Below, piece after piece: positions 19,185 to 28,129 of a DNA stretch of 64,000 nucleotides (positions are counted from its first letter, which is position 1; every line of letters starts with the position of its first letter). The notes beneath the pieces were generated by a model. That model had not been told where the DNA came from and did not search any database. It saw nothing but the letters and a program-made list of their open reading frames with translations. The position numbers were made by a program, and so were the translations under genes. The stretch is from Candidatus Shapirobacteria bacterium (lineage in GTDB: Bacteria; Patescibacteriota; Microgenomatia; UBA12405), in the NCBI GenBank assembly GCA_028704635.1, contig JAQWFB010000005.1, positions 26,223 to 90,222 on the forward strand. Direction: 5' to 3'.

Positions 19185-20252
19185 ATGGTAAACGTGAAAG
19201 AGTTGAGATCGGTCAAAGAAATTCCATTAGCAAATGGAGAGGAGCCGGTTATTTTAAGGCTGGATATGGATGTTCCAAAATCAGACAACAAAAGACTTAA
19301 AAATTCCATTCCAACTCTAGAGTATCTACTCCAAAATGGTTACACCCCCATAGTATTAGGACATAAAAAAAGACCAAAAGGTATCGGTTACGAAGAAGAA
19401 TTCTCTCTTTATCCAGTCTATCTTAGATTTAAGGATATTTTGGAAAAAGAACTTTGTCGGGAAATTAAAAGTACTTTTATAGATGACATAACCGACGAAG
19501 AAAAAATTCAAAAAGCCATTAACGAAAATGAAATCGTTTTCGCCGAAAACATACGTTTCCATAAAAAAGAAAAAAAAGGCGACACTTCTCTTTATTCCGT
19601 CCTACAAAAATTTTGTCAATTCTTCGTTTACGATGCTATTGCTGTTGCTCACAGAGACGAAGCTTCGATTATTCTACACCGGGAAATGGAAACCTTTTAT
19701 GGTTTTAATTTCATGAAAGAATTCGAAGCCATGCAGTCATTAAAAAAACAAAAAGGTCAGTTGGTTATCTTAGGCGGTACAAAAAAAGATAAGTTGGATA
19801 ATTTAGCCAAAATTTCTCAAGAATCATGGAAAGTTTTTATTGGTGGAAAATTATCGATCTTTCGAGAAGAAGTTGAGGAAAAAATTATTCAAGAACTTGG
19901 AGAGATTCCGGATAATATTATTTGGGCAGAATTATCACCAGATGGTTACGATTTAAGTGGTAGTAGTATTACTATCCTTAAAAATTTAATTAAATTAAAA
20001 TTAAAAGTTCCCAAAATTATCATCTGGTGCGGTGCCTTAGGTTGGTTTGAAGAAGGTTATATACATGGAACTAATGAGATTACCAAAGCCATTATCGAAA
20101 GTGATTCTTATGTTGCCATTGGTGGAGGCGATACTGCTGCATCAATAATTGAACTAGGAGGTAAAGACAAAATTGACTTCCTTTGTTCCGCTGGTGGTGC
20201 ATTTTTATTTGCGTTAGCCTTTGGCCCAGAAAACTTACCAGCAGTAGCATAA
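19185..20252 (+). CDS. pgk: Phosphoglycerate kinase (short, divergent)
   Basis: RLDMDVP, GH..RP, ENIRF, DAIAVAHR, LGGTK, GGGDT, SAGGAFL motifs. Confidence 0.8.
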   Translation: MVNVKELRSVKEIPLANGEEPVILRLDMDVPKSDNKRLKNSIPTLEYLLQNGYTPIVLGHKKRPKGIGYEEEFSLYPVYLRFKDILEKELCREIKSTFIDDITDEEKIQKAINENEIVFAENIRFHKKEKKGDTSLYSVLQKFCQFFVYDAIAVAHRDEASIILHREMETFYGFNFMKEFEAMQSLKKQKGQLVILGGTKKDKLDNLAKISQESWKVFIGGKLSIFREEVEEKIIQELGEIPDNIIWAELSPDGYDLSGSSITILKNLIKLKLKVPKIIIWCGALGWFEEGYIHGTNEITKAIIESDSYVAIGGGDTAASIIELGGKDKIDFLCSAGGAFLFALAFGPENLPAVA

Positions 20253-20340
20253 ATTATTTTAAATTTAGAGTATAATTTTTTTATCAACTAATTTAGTTGA
20301 CAAGTTCCTTAAATTTAAAAGAAAGTGAGGTTGTTTAAAA

Positions 20341-20403
20341 ATGTTAAAACTTCTGATAGAAGATAATCTTCACACAGATCATTTTAATGATGAAAGGAGA
20401 TGA
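20341..20403 (+). CDS. Putative micro-ORF, 20 aa (MLKLLIEDNLHTDHFNDERR)
   Basis: TATAAT at 20271 and SD GAAAGTGAGG at 20321-20330. Confidence 0.3.
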   Translation: MLKLLIEDNLHTDHFNDERR

Positions 20404-20459
20404 TCCAATATCTACACACATCAAATAATGATGGTGTTAATCAAGAAGGGAAGCGATAA
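20400..20459 (+). CDS. Putative micro-ORF, 19 aa (MIQYLHTSNNDGVNQEGKR)
   Basis: ATGA overlap with preceding micro-ORF; shares LHT..ND motif. Confidence 0.22.
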   Translation: MIQYLHTSNNDGVNQEGKR

Positions 20460-20554
20460 AACAATTTTTAAAACAAACCTCTCTCATTTTTTACCAAAAA
20501 TCAAACTCAAGTTTTAAAAAGCAACTTGAAAGTTGAATATCGGTATTTTTTTAT

Positions 20555-20609
20555 AGGGCCTGGCTCAGTTTTTTGCATTATGCAAATATTACTGATCTAG
20601 GCCTTTTTT
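20555..20609 (+). terminator. Long hairpin/terminator, repeat copy 1
   Basis: GGCCTGGCTCAGT..TTTGCAT/ATGCAAA..ACTGATCTAGGCC followed by T-tract. Confidence 0.7.
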
Positions 20610-20614
20610 GTTAC

Positions 20615-20643
20615 TTGTTTTTATTTTAATAATATTTTATTAT
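20615..20643 (+). promoter_or_regulatory. sigma70-type promoter
   Basis: TTGTTT-17 bp-TATTAT directly after the terminator. Confidence 0.45.
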
Positions 20644-20742
20644 ATAAACATATTCAGCCAGTCTGAAATAGATTTTTTTAAAAGCAAAAAAATCTGCACA
20701 TGTACAATCAGTTCTTTATTTAATTTGAAAGGAGGTATCTAT

Positions 20743-20832
20743 TTGGTGGTAATAATATCGTCAAGTCCTTTCTTTTCAAGCCACATCAACCAAAAAGAAA
20801 TTATTCCTGGTATCCGTGGACCCACTTCATAA
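20743..20832 (+). CDS. Putative micro-ORF, 29 aa (MVVIISSSPFFSSHINQKEIIPGIRGPTS)
   Basis: Perfect SD GAAAGGAGGT (20727-20736) 6 nt before TTG. Confidence 0.4.
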   Translation: MVVIISSSPFFSSHINQKEIIPGIRGPTS

Positions 20833-20877
20833 TTTAATTTTTAGTTGTTAGTATTTTGACAATGGGAGGTGTATTGT

Positions 20878-20940
20878 TTGAGAGTAGTAATGATTAATAT
20901 CCTTACCATTAAAGCAGCAGGCGGTCTTACCCTGAAATAA
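20878..20940 (+). CDS. Putative micro-ORF, 20 aa (MRVVMINILTIKAAGGLTLK)
   Basis: Perfect SD GGAGGTG (20865-20871) 6 nt before TTG. Confidence 0.35.
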   Translation: MRVVMINILTIKAAGGLTLK

Positions 20941-21053
20941 TTGGAATGCGGCCGGTACCAATACCGAGGAAATTATTAAACAATTAAATTTCATTTACAT
21001 TCTTTTCTTTTCAAAAAAAACATACCAATAAAGAACAAAGTTGTTTCACTACC

Positions 21054-21107
21054 GAGCCTGGCTCAGTTTTTTTTTGCATTTTATGCAAACAAGACTGATT
21101 CAGGCTC
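21054..21107. terminator. Long hairpin, repeat copy 2 (overlaps flippase stop)
   Basis: GAGCCTGGCTCAGT..TTTGCAT/ATGCAAA..ACTGATTCAGGCTC; homologous to 20555-20605. Confidence 0.65.
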
Positions 21108-22350
21108 CTTTAATTTTTAAACCCAAAACCATTACTCCTAATATCACCAACTCACTAATTATCAAACTCCAACCAGCCTGAACAAATCCAAACTTTGGAA
21201 TCAAAAAATAATTTATTATCAAATCCACCAACGTCCCAATTAAAACCGACCAAAAAACAATTTTTTGTTTTTTCTCAATCACCAACAAGTTTCCAACAAA
21301 CACCCTAAAATAATTAATTACTCCCGACCAAACTAATAAGCTCATCACTCCAGCCGATATAATAAATGATGGTCCGTAAATTAATTTCATAATTAATTCC
21401 CTTTGCCAAGTTATTAACATTGCTAATGGAATTAATCCTAAAAGCGATAATCCAATCACCAATTTAATTAATTTTTTAACCGTTTCTTTTTTATTTTCAT
21501 GAATTAGAACCGTAATTCTTGGAAAAATAGCATAATTAATTACATTCACACTTTGAAAAGCAAAAAGAATTTTAAAAGCTGTCTGATACCACCCAACTTG
21601 ATCATTACCAAAATATCGGCCAATTAATAAAGTATCATTATTGGCATAAATTATCGTTGCCGCTGTCATTCCAAAAAGAGGCAATGCTTCCTTTATTAAT
21701 TCCTTCCAAAAATCAAAATCAAAAGCCATTTTAATTTTTATTTTTAATAAATTCATTTGCCAAATTCCCAAAATTATAGAGAATATTGTTGTTACCATAT
21801 AACCTAAAACCAAATGAACCGCAGTTCCATGAAAACTAATAATTAATAATGCTGTTATTAAAGTTCCAATATAAAAAACCATTCTATTAAAAAAAACCAT
21901 TTCCATTTTTTCCCAAGCCTGAAAAATTGAAATAAAAACTCCCTGAAAAACTTGAATTAAACTAAAAATTAAAGTTATCCACAACAACTGCATTGAAACC
22001 GGATTACGAATAAATAAAAAGGAAAAAACAAATAATATTCCAATCAAAATTGACAATATTAACTTTAATCCCATTAAATTACTCAAATATTTTTCTGTCA
22101 AATTTTTATGTTTTGCCACTTCACGAGTAGTAATCGTCGTCAATCCGAAATCAGACAAAATCATAAATATGGCAATATAGGCAAAAGACAAATTAAATGA
22201 CCCAAACTCATTAGCTCCCCAATATCTAACCAAACCAACCGTCACCACAAACATCAATATCTTAGAAAAAAACTCAACCGCCCCCAACCAAAAAGTATTC
22301 TTGATTAATAATTGTCTATTCGACAATTCCTCATTATTATTAAAAAGCAT
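21100..22350 (-). CDS. Wzx-like flippase
   Basis: KNTFWL, DFGL...TREVA, DTLLIG...VGWY, LIPKFG..AGW; about 12 TMs. Confidence 0.88.
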   Translation of the reverse strand: MLFNNNEELSNRQLLIKNTFWLGAVEFFSKILMFVVTVGLVRYWGANEFGSFNLSFAYIAIFMILSDFGLTTITTREVAKHKNLTEKYLSNLMGLKLILSILIGILFVFSFLFIRNPVSMQLLWITLIFSLIQVFQGVFISIFQAWEKMEMVFFNRMVFYIGTLITALLIISFHGTAVHLVLGYMVTTIFSIILGIWQMNLLKIKIKMAFDFDFWKELIKEALPLFGMTAATIIYANNDTLLIGRYFGNDQVGWYQTAFKILFAFQSVNVINYAIFPRITVLIHENKKETVKKLIKLVIGLSLLGLIPLAMLITWQRELIMKLIYGPSFIISAGVMSLLVWSGVINYFRVFVGNLLVIEKKQKIVFWSVLIGTLVDLIINYFLIPKFGFVQAGWSLIISELVILGVMVLGLKIKGA

Positions 22351-22358
22351 TTTTATTT

Positions 22359-23336
22359 TTAATCAGATTTATTCAATTGTTTGTGCCAATTCCAAGCGCT
22401 TGAAATTATAGTTTTTAAATCAAAATATTTCGGTTCCCATTTTAAAATTTCTCTGGCTTTTTTAGAATCAGCAATTAACTCCGGAGGATCACCAGCTCGA
22501 CGCTCAACTTCTGTTACTTTAAAATCAACTCCTGTTACTTTTTTAGCCACTTCAATAACTTGTTTAACAGAAAAACCACTTCCATTTCCTAAATTAAAAC
22601 AATCACTTTCACCACCATCCATTAATTTTTTTAAAGCCAAAATATGAGCTTGGGCTAAATCATTCACATGAACATAATCACGAATACATGTTCCATCAAC
22701 AGTTGGATAATCTGTTCCAAAAATTTTTATATCTTCTCTTTTTCCCAATGCTGCATCTAAAATTAATGGAATCAAATGAGATTCTGGGTTATGATTTTCA
22801 CCAATTTCACCATCAAGATCTGCTCCACAAGCATTAAAATATCTCAAAGCCACATATTTCAACCCATAAGCTAAATCATAATCAGCTAAAATTTTTTCTA
22901 CCATTAATTTAGCCTGCCCATAGGGATTAATTGGCATTTGCGGATGTTTCTCGTCAATTGGAACATATTGCGGATTACCAAAAGTTGCCGCCGTTGAAGA
23001 AAAAATTATTTTCTTAACATCATTTTCCAGCATCACTTGAAACAAATTTAATGTATTTTTCACATTATTTTGATAATACTTTTGTGGATCTTTTACCGAT
23101 TCTCCTACCTCAATAAAAGCTGCAAAATGTAAGACTGCTTCAATTGGATATTTTTTAAATATTCCTCTAATATCCTCAATATTTCCTAAATCACCTTGAA
23201 AAAAATCTCCCCATTTCACCGCTTCTTTATGCCCTTTAACCAAACTATCAAAGATAACCGTCTTATAACCCTGCTTATTTAATTCTTTATTAATATGGGA
23301 TCCAATATATCCCGCTCCGCCTACAATTAAAATCAT
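22359..23336 (-). CDS. galE: UDP-glucose 4-epimerase
   Basis: GGAGYIGSH, HFAA.IEVGES, YGQAK, LRYFNACGA, DGTCIRDYVHV. Confidence 0.93.
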   Translation of the reverse strand: MILIVGGAGYIGSHINKELNKQGYKTVIFDSLVKGHKEAVKWGDFFQGDLGNIEDIRGIFKKYPIEAVLHFAAFIEVGESVKDPQKYYQNNVKNTLNLFQVMLENDVKKIIFSSTAATFGNPQYVPIDEKHPQMPINPYGQAKLMVEKILADYDLAYGLKYVALRYFNACGADLDGEIGENHNPESHLIPLILDAALGKREDIKIFGTDYPTVDGTCIRDYVHVNDLAQAHILALKKLMDGGESDCFNLGNGSGFSVKQVIEVAKKVTGVDFKVTEVERRAGDPPELIADSKKAREILKWEPKYFDLKTIISSAWNWHKQLNKSD

Positions 23337-23367
23337 AAATTTTTTAATTTTTAACTAATAAATTCTA

Positions 23368-24324
23368 TCATTTTTTTATCTTTCTCCTAGTTTCTTCATC
23401 AAAAAACAACAGAACACCACCAAACAAAGAATTAACCACTCCCAAAATTCCCAAAAAAGCTGACATTAATAAAATACTTTCATTTGAACTGCCAAATTGA
23501 GAAAAGAAAAATAAATATAATTGCTCTCTTGCACCAAACCCTCCAATTGAAATTGGTAAAATTAAAATCATTGAAATAATAGGGACAAAAACAAAAACTG
23601 CAAAAAGACTTAAATTGACACCAAATTGCCACGCCACAAACCAAATCTGTAAAATATAAGATAATTCACTTAAAACTGACACTAAAAGACATTTGATAAT
23701 TTGGATCCTATTTTTATCTCTAAATAATTCAAAGGCATCATCCAACTTATGTAATAAAGTAAAATTAGGTAATATTCTAGACGCATCAAAAAAATAAATA
23801 ATAGAATAAATAACAAAACAAACCAAACAACCAATAATTAATGAATAAAAAACTGTTTCCGGAATAACCAATCCACTACTTCTACCAATAATTGCCGATA
23901 TTAATCCCAAAATCATAAAAATCGAAAATCCTATAAATCTGTCCAATATTACTGATCCTAATATTTTTGTTTTTGTAATTTTTGGATATTCACTATCAAT
24001 TACAATCCATTTTGCCACTTCACCAACCACTGCCGTTGAAAAAAATAAAGAATAAAAAGTAGCTAAAAAATTAGCCCGAGTAAAAGTTAAAATCTTTTTA
24101 ATACTAATTTTAGGAAATAATAATAAGCTCCATCTAATAGAAATTAAAACCAATATTAAAAAACTAAAAATTATGTTTACTAAAACAAACCAAAATGGAA
24201 CATTTTTTATTTCTCGAAATAATTCAACCACATTTACTTTTTTAAAAGCAAAATAAATTAAAACTACCGAAAAAGTCAATCTAAACAATCTCGACTTAAA
24301 AATTTTTTTAAAGATTTCCAACAT
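23368..24324 (-). CDS. Lysylphosphatidylglycerol synthase TM-domain (flippase-like) protein
   Basis: RW..LL, GE..K, DR..G, LPISIGGFGARE motif; about 8 TMs. Confidence 0.82.
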   Translation of the reverse strand: MLEIFKKIFKSRLFRLTFSVVLIYFAFKKVNVVELFREIKNVPFWFVLVNIIFSFLILVLISIRWSLLLFPKISIKKILTFTRANFLATFYSLFFSTAVVGEVAKWIVIDSEYPKITKTKILGSVILDRFIGFSIFMILGLISAIIGRSSGLVIPETVFYSLIIGCLVCFVIYSIIYFFDASRILPNFTLLHKLDDAFELFRDKNRIQIIKCLLVSVLSELSYILQIWFVAWQFGVNLSLFAVFVFVPIISMILILPISIGGFGAREQLYLFFFSQFGSSNESILLMSAFLGILGVVNSLFGGVLLFFDEETRRKIKK

Positions 24325-24367
24325 AAACTAACTATTAGAATAACACGAAGTATAATTATACTAATTC

Positions 24368-25555
24368 ATGAAAATTTTATTAATAAGTCATATTTTCCCT
24401 CCCGCTGTCGATGGTGGTTCAAAAGTTATTTATAAACTTGGTCAATATTTCGAATCTCAAAATAATCAAACTCTTTATTTAAGTTCAAATTGCTCTAGCA
24501 CCGACGACTTCATCAAATCTAAATACAAAAAAATATCTACAATCCACAATCTAACATCTACGATTTATCTTCCCGTTTATCACCATCTTCGCCGTCCTCT
24601 AAAATTTCTAAATTTATTTTTAAATCAAAACCTATTAAAAATTTTTCAAAAAGGCCCAATTTTTAAAAGCATCCCATTTTTAAAAGCAATTTATCAAATT
24701 TTAAAATTCAAACCAGATTTAATCATCGCCGGCCCGCTTCCCACCACTATTGTTTTATATGCCAGTTTTTTAAAAAAAATAACCAATTCTAAACTTCTAA
24801 TCAATGCTTCTTTTCATCCCACTGATAATGATTTTCAACAAAAAACTCTAATTAACGCCTTAAAAAAGGCAGATTATTTATGGACTCTTACTCAATCAGA
24901 AACCGATTATTTTACAAAAAAATTTAATATTGATCCTCAAAAAATAATTCTCGCTGGCAACGGCGTCGATGAGAATTTTCTCACTACTCAAAAATCTACG
25001 ACCTACGACCTACGACCTAACATCTTGTTCATCGGTTCTCTCTCCACCCATAAACGCGTCGATCTTTTAATAAAATCATTCTCTACTATCTATAATCTAC
25101 AATCTAATCTCTCTCTAACTATCGCTGGTCAAAAAACTCTTTTCTATCCTCAAATCGAAAAACTAATCAATTCCCTTGACCCAAAAATAAAATCTAAAAT
25201 CAATTTTATTTTTAATTTTGATCAAAAAGATTTGGCTAAAATAATTGATAACTGCTCTGTTCTAGTTTTACCTTCCATCCAGGAAAGTTTTGGTTTAGTT
25301 GTCATCGAAGCCTGGGCTCGGCAAAAACCAGTAATTTGTGCCAATATTCCAGCCTTAAAAGAATTAGTTGAAAAATCAAATGGGGGATTATTATTCCAAG
25401 TTGATGATCAAAACGACCTAACTCAAAAAATTAAATTTATTTTGGATAATCCAAAAAAAGCAGAGCATTTGGGAAAAAGTGGTTACAATTATGTTAAAAA
25501 TAATTATACTTGGAATAAAGTAGGAAATAAAATATGCCAAAAAATATTATGCTAA
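24368..25555 (+). CDS. GT4 glycosyltransferase
   Basis: FPPAVDGG, GNGVD, KRVDLLI, ESFGLVVIEAW (EX7E). Confidence 0.9.
   Translation: MKILLISHIFPPAVDGGSKVIYKLGQYFESQNNQTLYLSSNCSSTDDFIKSKYKKISTIHNLTSTIYLPVYHHLRRPLKFLNLFLNQNLLKIFQKGPIFKSIPFLKAIYQILKFKPDLIIAGPLPTTIVLYASFLKKITNSKLLINASFHPTDNDFQQKTLINALKKADYLWTLTQSETDYFTKKFNIDPQKIILAGNGVDENFLTTQKSTTYDLRPNILFIGSLSTHKRVDLLIKSFSTIYNLQSNLSLTIAGQKTLFYPQIEKLINSLDPKIKSKINFIFNFDQKDLAKIIDNCSVLVLPSIQESFGLVVIEAWARQKPVICANIPALKELVEKSNGGLLFQVDDQNDLTQKIKFILDNPKKAEHLGKSGYNYVKNNYTWNKVGNKICQKILC
24535..24567 (+). repeat. Heptamer tandem repeat within CDS
   Basis: ATCTACA ATCCACA ATCTAAC ATCTACG ATTTA. Confidence 0.6.
24994..25021 (+). repeat. Heptamer tandem repeat within CDS
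   Basis: ATCTACG ACCTACG ACCTACG ACCTAAC. Confidence 0.8.
25081..25108 (+). repeat. Heptamer tandem repeat within CDS
   Basis: CTCTACT ATCTATA ATCTACA ATCTAAT. Confidence 0.6.
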
Positions 25556-25992
25556 TAATTACTCCTGTTTTAATAATAATTGCTGGAATTTTAATTTGGC
25601 GATTATTTTTTTATTTACCACCAGCCAATTCAGTCAAAATTAAAATCGGTAATACTAACTACAATATCGAATTAGCCACAACAATCGCTCAAAAAACAAA
25701 AGGGTTATCCGGACGAAATACTCTCTGTAAAAATTGCGGCATGCTTTTTACTTTTGGTTTCGAAACCAATTTGCCTTTTTGGATGAAAGATACTCTTATT
25801 CCCCTCGATATGATCTGGCTCGATAAAAACGGAAAAATCGTTGATATTCAAACCGCTACTGAAATTAATTCTACTAAAATTTACCAAAACCAATTACCAG
25901 CTCAATTTGTCATCGAATTAAATGTCAATGATTCACAAAAAATAAATCTAAAAATAGGTGATATTATTGATCTGTCAAAAATAAATGATTAA
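25534..25992 (+). CDS. DUF192 family protein with N-terminal TM
   Basis: ELA.T...KGLSGR, GMLF, FWMKDTLIPLDMIWLD, VIELN. Confidence 0.9.
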   Translation: MPKNIMLIITPVLIIIAGILIWRLFFYLPPANSVKIKIGNTNYNIELATTIAQKTKGLSGRNTLCKNCGMLFTFGFETNLPFWMKDTLIPLDMIWLDKNGKIVDIQTATEINSTKIYQNQLPAQFVIELNVNDSQKINLKIGDIIDLSKIND

Positions 25993-26965
25993 TTTTTCTA
26001 TCATCATTCCGAACTATAATGGTGCTTCCTTCTTGAAGGACTGTCTTAATTCCCTAAAACAAGCCATAAATAATTGTCCTGGTTCTGAATTCGAAATAAT
26101 TCTAGTCGACAACAACTCAAAAGATAATAGTCTTGAAATTTTTGAAACCATAATTCCAAAAAATTTTAACTATCGAATATTATTAAACTCAAAAAATTAC
26201 GGATTCGCCGGTGCTGTTAACCAAGGAATTGAAAAAGCCAAACATAAATATGTCGTCTTACTAAATAATGACCTCACCATGGAACCAAAGTGGTTTCAGT
26301 TAATTTCTAAAACCATTAAAGAAAATAAAAATCCAAAAATCGTCACATTTTTTGGCACCGTCCTTACCAAAGATGGAACCAAATTTGAATCCCAAGGTCT
26401 AAAATTTTTCTATTCCGGCAAATGCCAAAATATTTCCAATGGAAAAAAATTTAATAAATCTACGACCTACGACCTACCGTCTACCCAACTAGCCTGGGGT
26501 GCGTCTGCTGCTTTTGTTGTCTACAATAAAAAAATGTTAAAACAAATTGGTCTTTTTGATGAAAATTTTTTCGCCTACGAAGAAGATGTTGATTTAGCTC
26601 TTCGTCTTCATAACTTAAATTATCAAACCCTTTATATTCCTCAAGCTATTTCTTATCACCTCGGTGGTGGCACTAGTAATAAAATGGGTATTTTTAGGTA
26701 TAAAATGGATGCCAAAAATTGGATTTATATTATCATCAAAAATTTTTCCAAAAAAGAAATAATTAAAAATTTTCCTCAAATCATCGAAGAACGTCTTAGA
26801 AATTTATCCGGACTAATAAAACAAATTATTCGTCTTTATAAAATAAAATCAATTTATTTTTTGCCTTTGATTTTATTTTCCACCTACGGAGAAGTTCTTG
26901 TAAATCTTCCAAAAATGTTTAAAAAACGAAAAATAATTCAAAAACTTGATAAACTAACTCAATGA
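25985..26965 (+). CDS. GT2 glycosyltransferase
   Basis: IIPNYNG, VDNNSKD, NYGFAGAVNQG, LLNND, FDENFFAYEEDVD. Confidence 0.9.
   Translation: MINFSIIIPNYNGASFLKDCLNSLKQAINNCPGSEFEIILVDNNSKDNSLEIFETIIPKNFNYRILLNSKNYGFAGAVNQGIEKAKHKYVVLLNNDLTMEPKWFQLISKTIKENKNPKIVTFFGTVLTKDGTKFESQGLKFFYSGKCQNISNGKKFNKSTTYDLPSTQLAWGASAAFVVYNKKMLKQIGLFDENFFAYEEDVDLALRLHNLNYQTLYIPQAISYHLGGGTSNKMGIFRYKMDAKNWIYIIIKNFSKKEIIKNFPQIIEERLRNLSGLIKQIIRLYKIKSIYFLPLILFSTYGEVLVNLPKMFKKRKIIQKLDKLTQ
26458..26485 (+). repeat. Heptamer tandem repeat within CDS
   Basis: ATCTACG ACCTACG ACCTACC GTCTACC. Confidence 0.75.
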
Positions 26966-28104
26966 TTATTGGCATTGACATCTCATCTGTTCCTTATAAA
27001 ACTGGCGTAAGTAATTACACTCTCAACCTCATCAGAAATTTAGTTAAACTCGACAAGATCAATACATATAAACTTTTTTATTCGTCTCTTCGGCTTCCAC
27101 TTCCAAATGAAATAATTGAAATAAAAAAAACTCACTCCAATATTAAAATCTATCAATTCAAACTACCACCAACTTTTCTACAAATTCTATGGAATCAACT
27201 TCATCTTTTTCCAATTGAGATTTTTATTGGTAAATGCGACATTTTTCACACATCAGACTGGACTCAACCACCAACCATAAAAACTAAAACAATTACTACT
27301 GTTCATGATCTTACTCCCTTCCTGCATCCTGAATGGCATCATTCCAAAGTCATTGCCGCTCATAAAAATAAAATGAACTTAGCCGCAAAAAAATGTTTTA
27401 AATTCATTTGCGTCTCCCAAAGCACTAAAAATGATTTATTAAAGATTTTCCCTAAAATTAATCCACAAAAAATAGATGTTGTTTACGAAGCCGCCGAAGA
27501 TAAATATGGAAAATTTTTAAAATTATCTAAAGAAATAAAACAGAAGAAAAAGGAAACCATTAAAAAGCAATACGATTTAGATAAATTTATTCTAGCTCAA
27601 GGTACACGCGAACCACGAAAAAATCTTAAAAGATTAATCGATGCTTTTGTCATTTTTAAAAAAAATAATCCTAAGTGTCGAGTTGATCTAGCCATTGCCG
27701 GTAAATATGGTTGGGGAGAAGATGTTGATGGTGCTAAAAATCCATCTGTTAAAATCCTTGGATTTATCCCAGAAAAAGATATGGTCGCTCTTCATGCCAG
27801 TGCTATTTGTTTAGCTTATCCATCCCTTTATGAAGGTTTTGGTTTACCGTTAGTCAAATCTCTTAAAGTTGGAACTCCAATCATTACTAGTAATGTTTCC
27901 TCCATGCCAGAAGTCGGTGGTAATGCTGCCCTTTACGTCAATCCAAATTCTATACCAGATTTAACCAAAGCCATTACTAAAATAATTAAATCATCCGCTC
28001 TTAGAAAAAAGCTAATTGAAAATGGTCTAATCCAAGCCAAAAAATTTGATTGGTCAAAAACTGCCGAACAAACTTTATCCATTTACAAATCCATATCTAA
28101 TTAA
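26962..28104 (+). CDS. GT4 glycosyltransferase (mannosyltransferase-like)
   Basis: TGVSNY, TVHDL, EPRKNL, YPSLYEGFGLP, SSMPEVGG. Confidence 0.9.
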   Translation: MIIGIDISSVPYKTGVSNYTLNLIRNLVKLDKINTYKLFYSSLRLPLPNEIIEIKKTHSNIKIYQFKLPPTFLQILWNQLHLFPIEIFIGKCDIFHTSDWTQPPTIKTKTITTVHDLTPFLHPEWHHSKVIAAHKNKMNLAAKKCFKFICVSQSTKNDLLKIFPKINPQKIDVVYEAAEDKYGKFLKLSKEIKQKKKETIKKQYDLDKFILAQGTREPRKNLKRLIDAFVIFKKNNPKCRVDLAIAGKYGWGEDVDGAKNPSVKILGFIPEKDMVALHASAICLAYPSLYEGFGLPLVKSLKVGTPIITSNVSSMPEVGGNAALYVNPNSIPDLTKAITKIIKSSALRKKLIENGLIQAKKFDWSKTAEQTLSIYKSISN

Positions 28105-28129
28105 CAATTTATTATTGTTATAATCAAAT

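Noticed and set aside
20608-20832. 74-aa ORF as listed in the track
   Set aside because: Its TTG start lies at the end of a terminator T-tract and spans a promoter; the SD-supported start is 20743.
20253-21099. Possible RNase P RNA, tmRNA, SRP or 6S RNA in the long intergenic region (GAGGAAA at about 20966, AAGCAGC at about 20912)
   Set aside because: The rest of each signature is missing (no GAGGAAAGTCC, no tRNA-like ends, no SRP CAGG..GNRA stem). A 6S-like fold cannot be excluded without an Infernal search.
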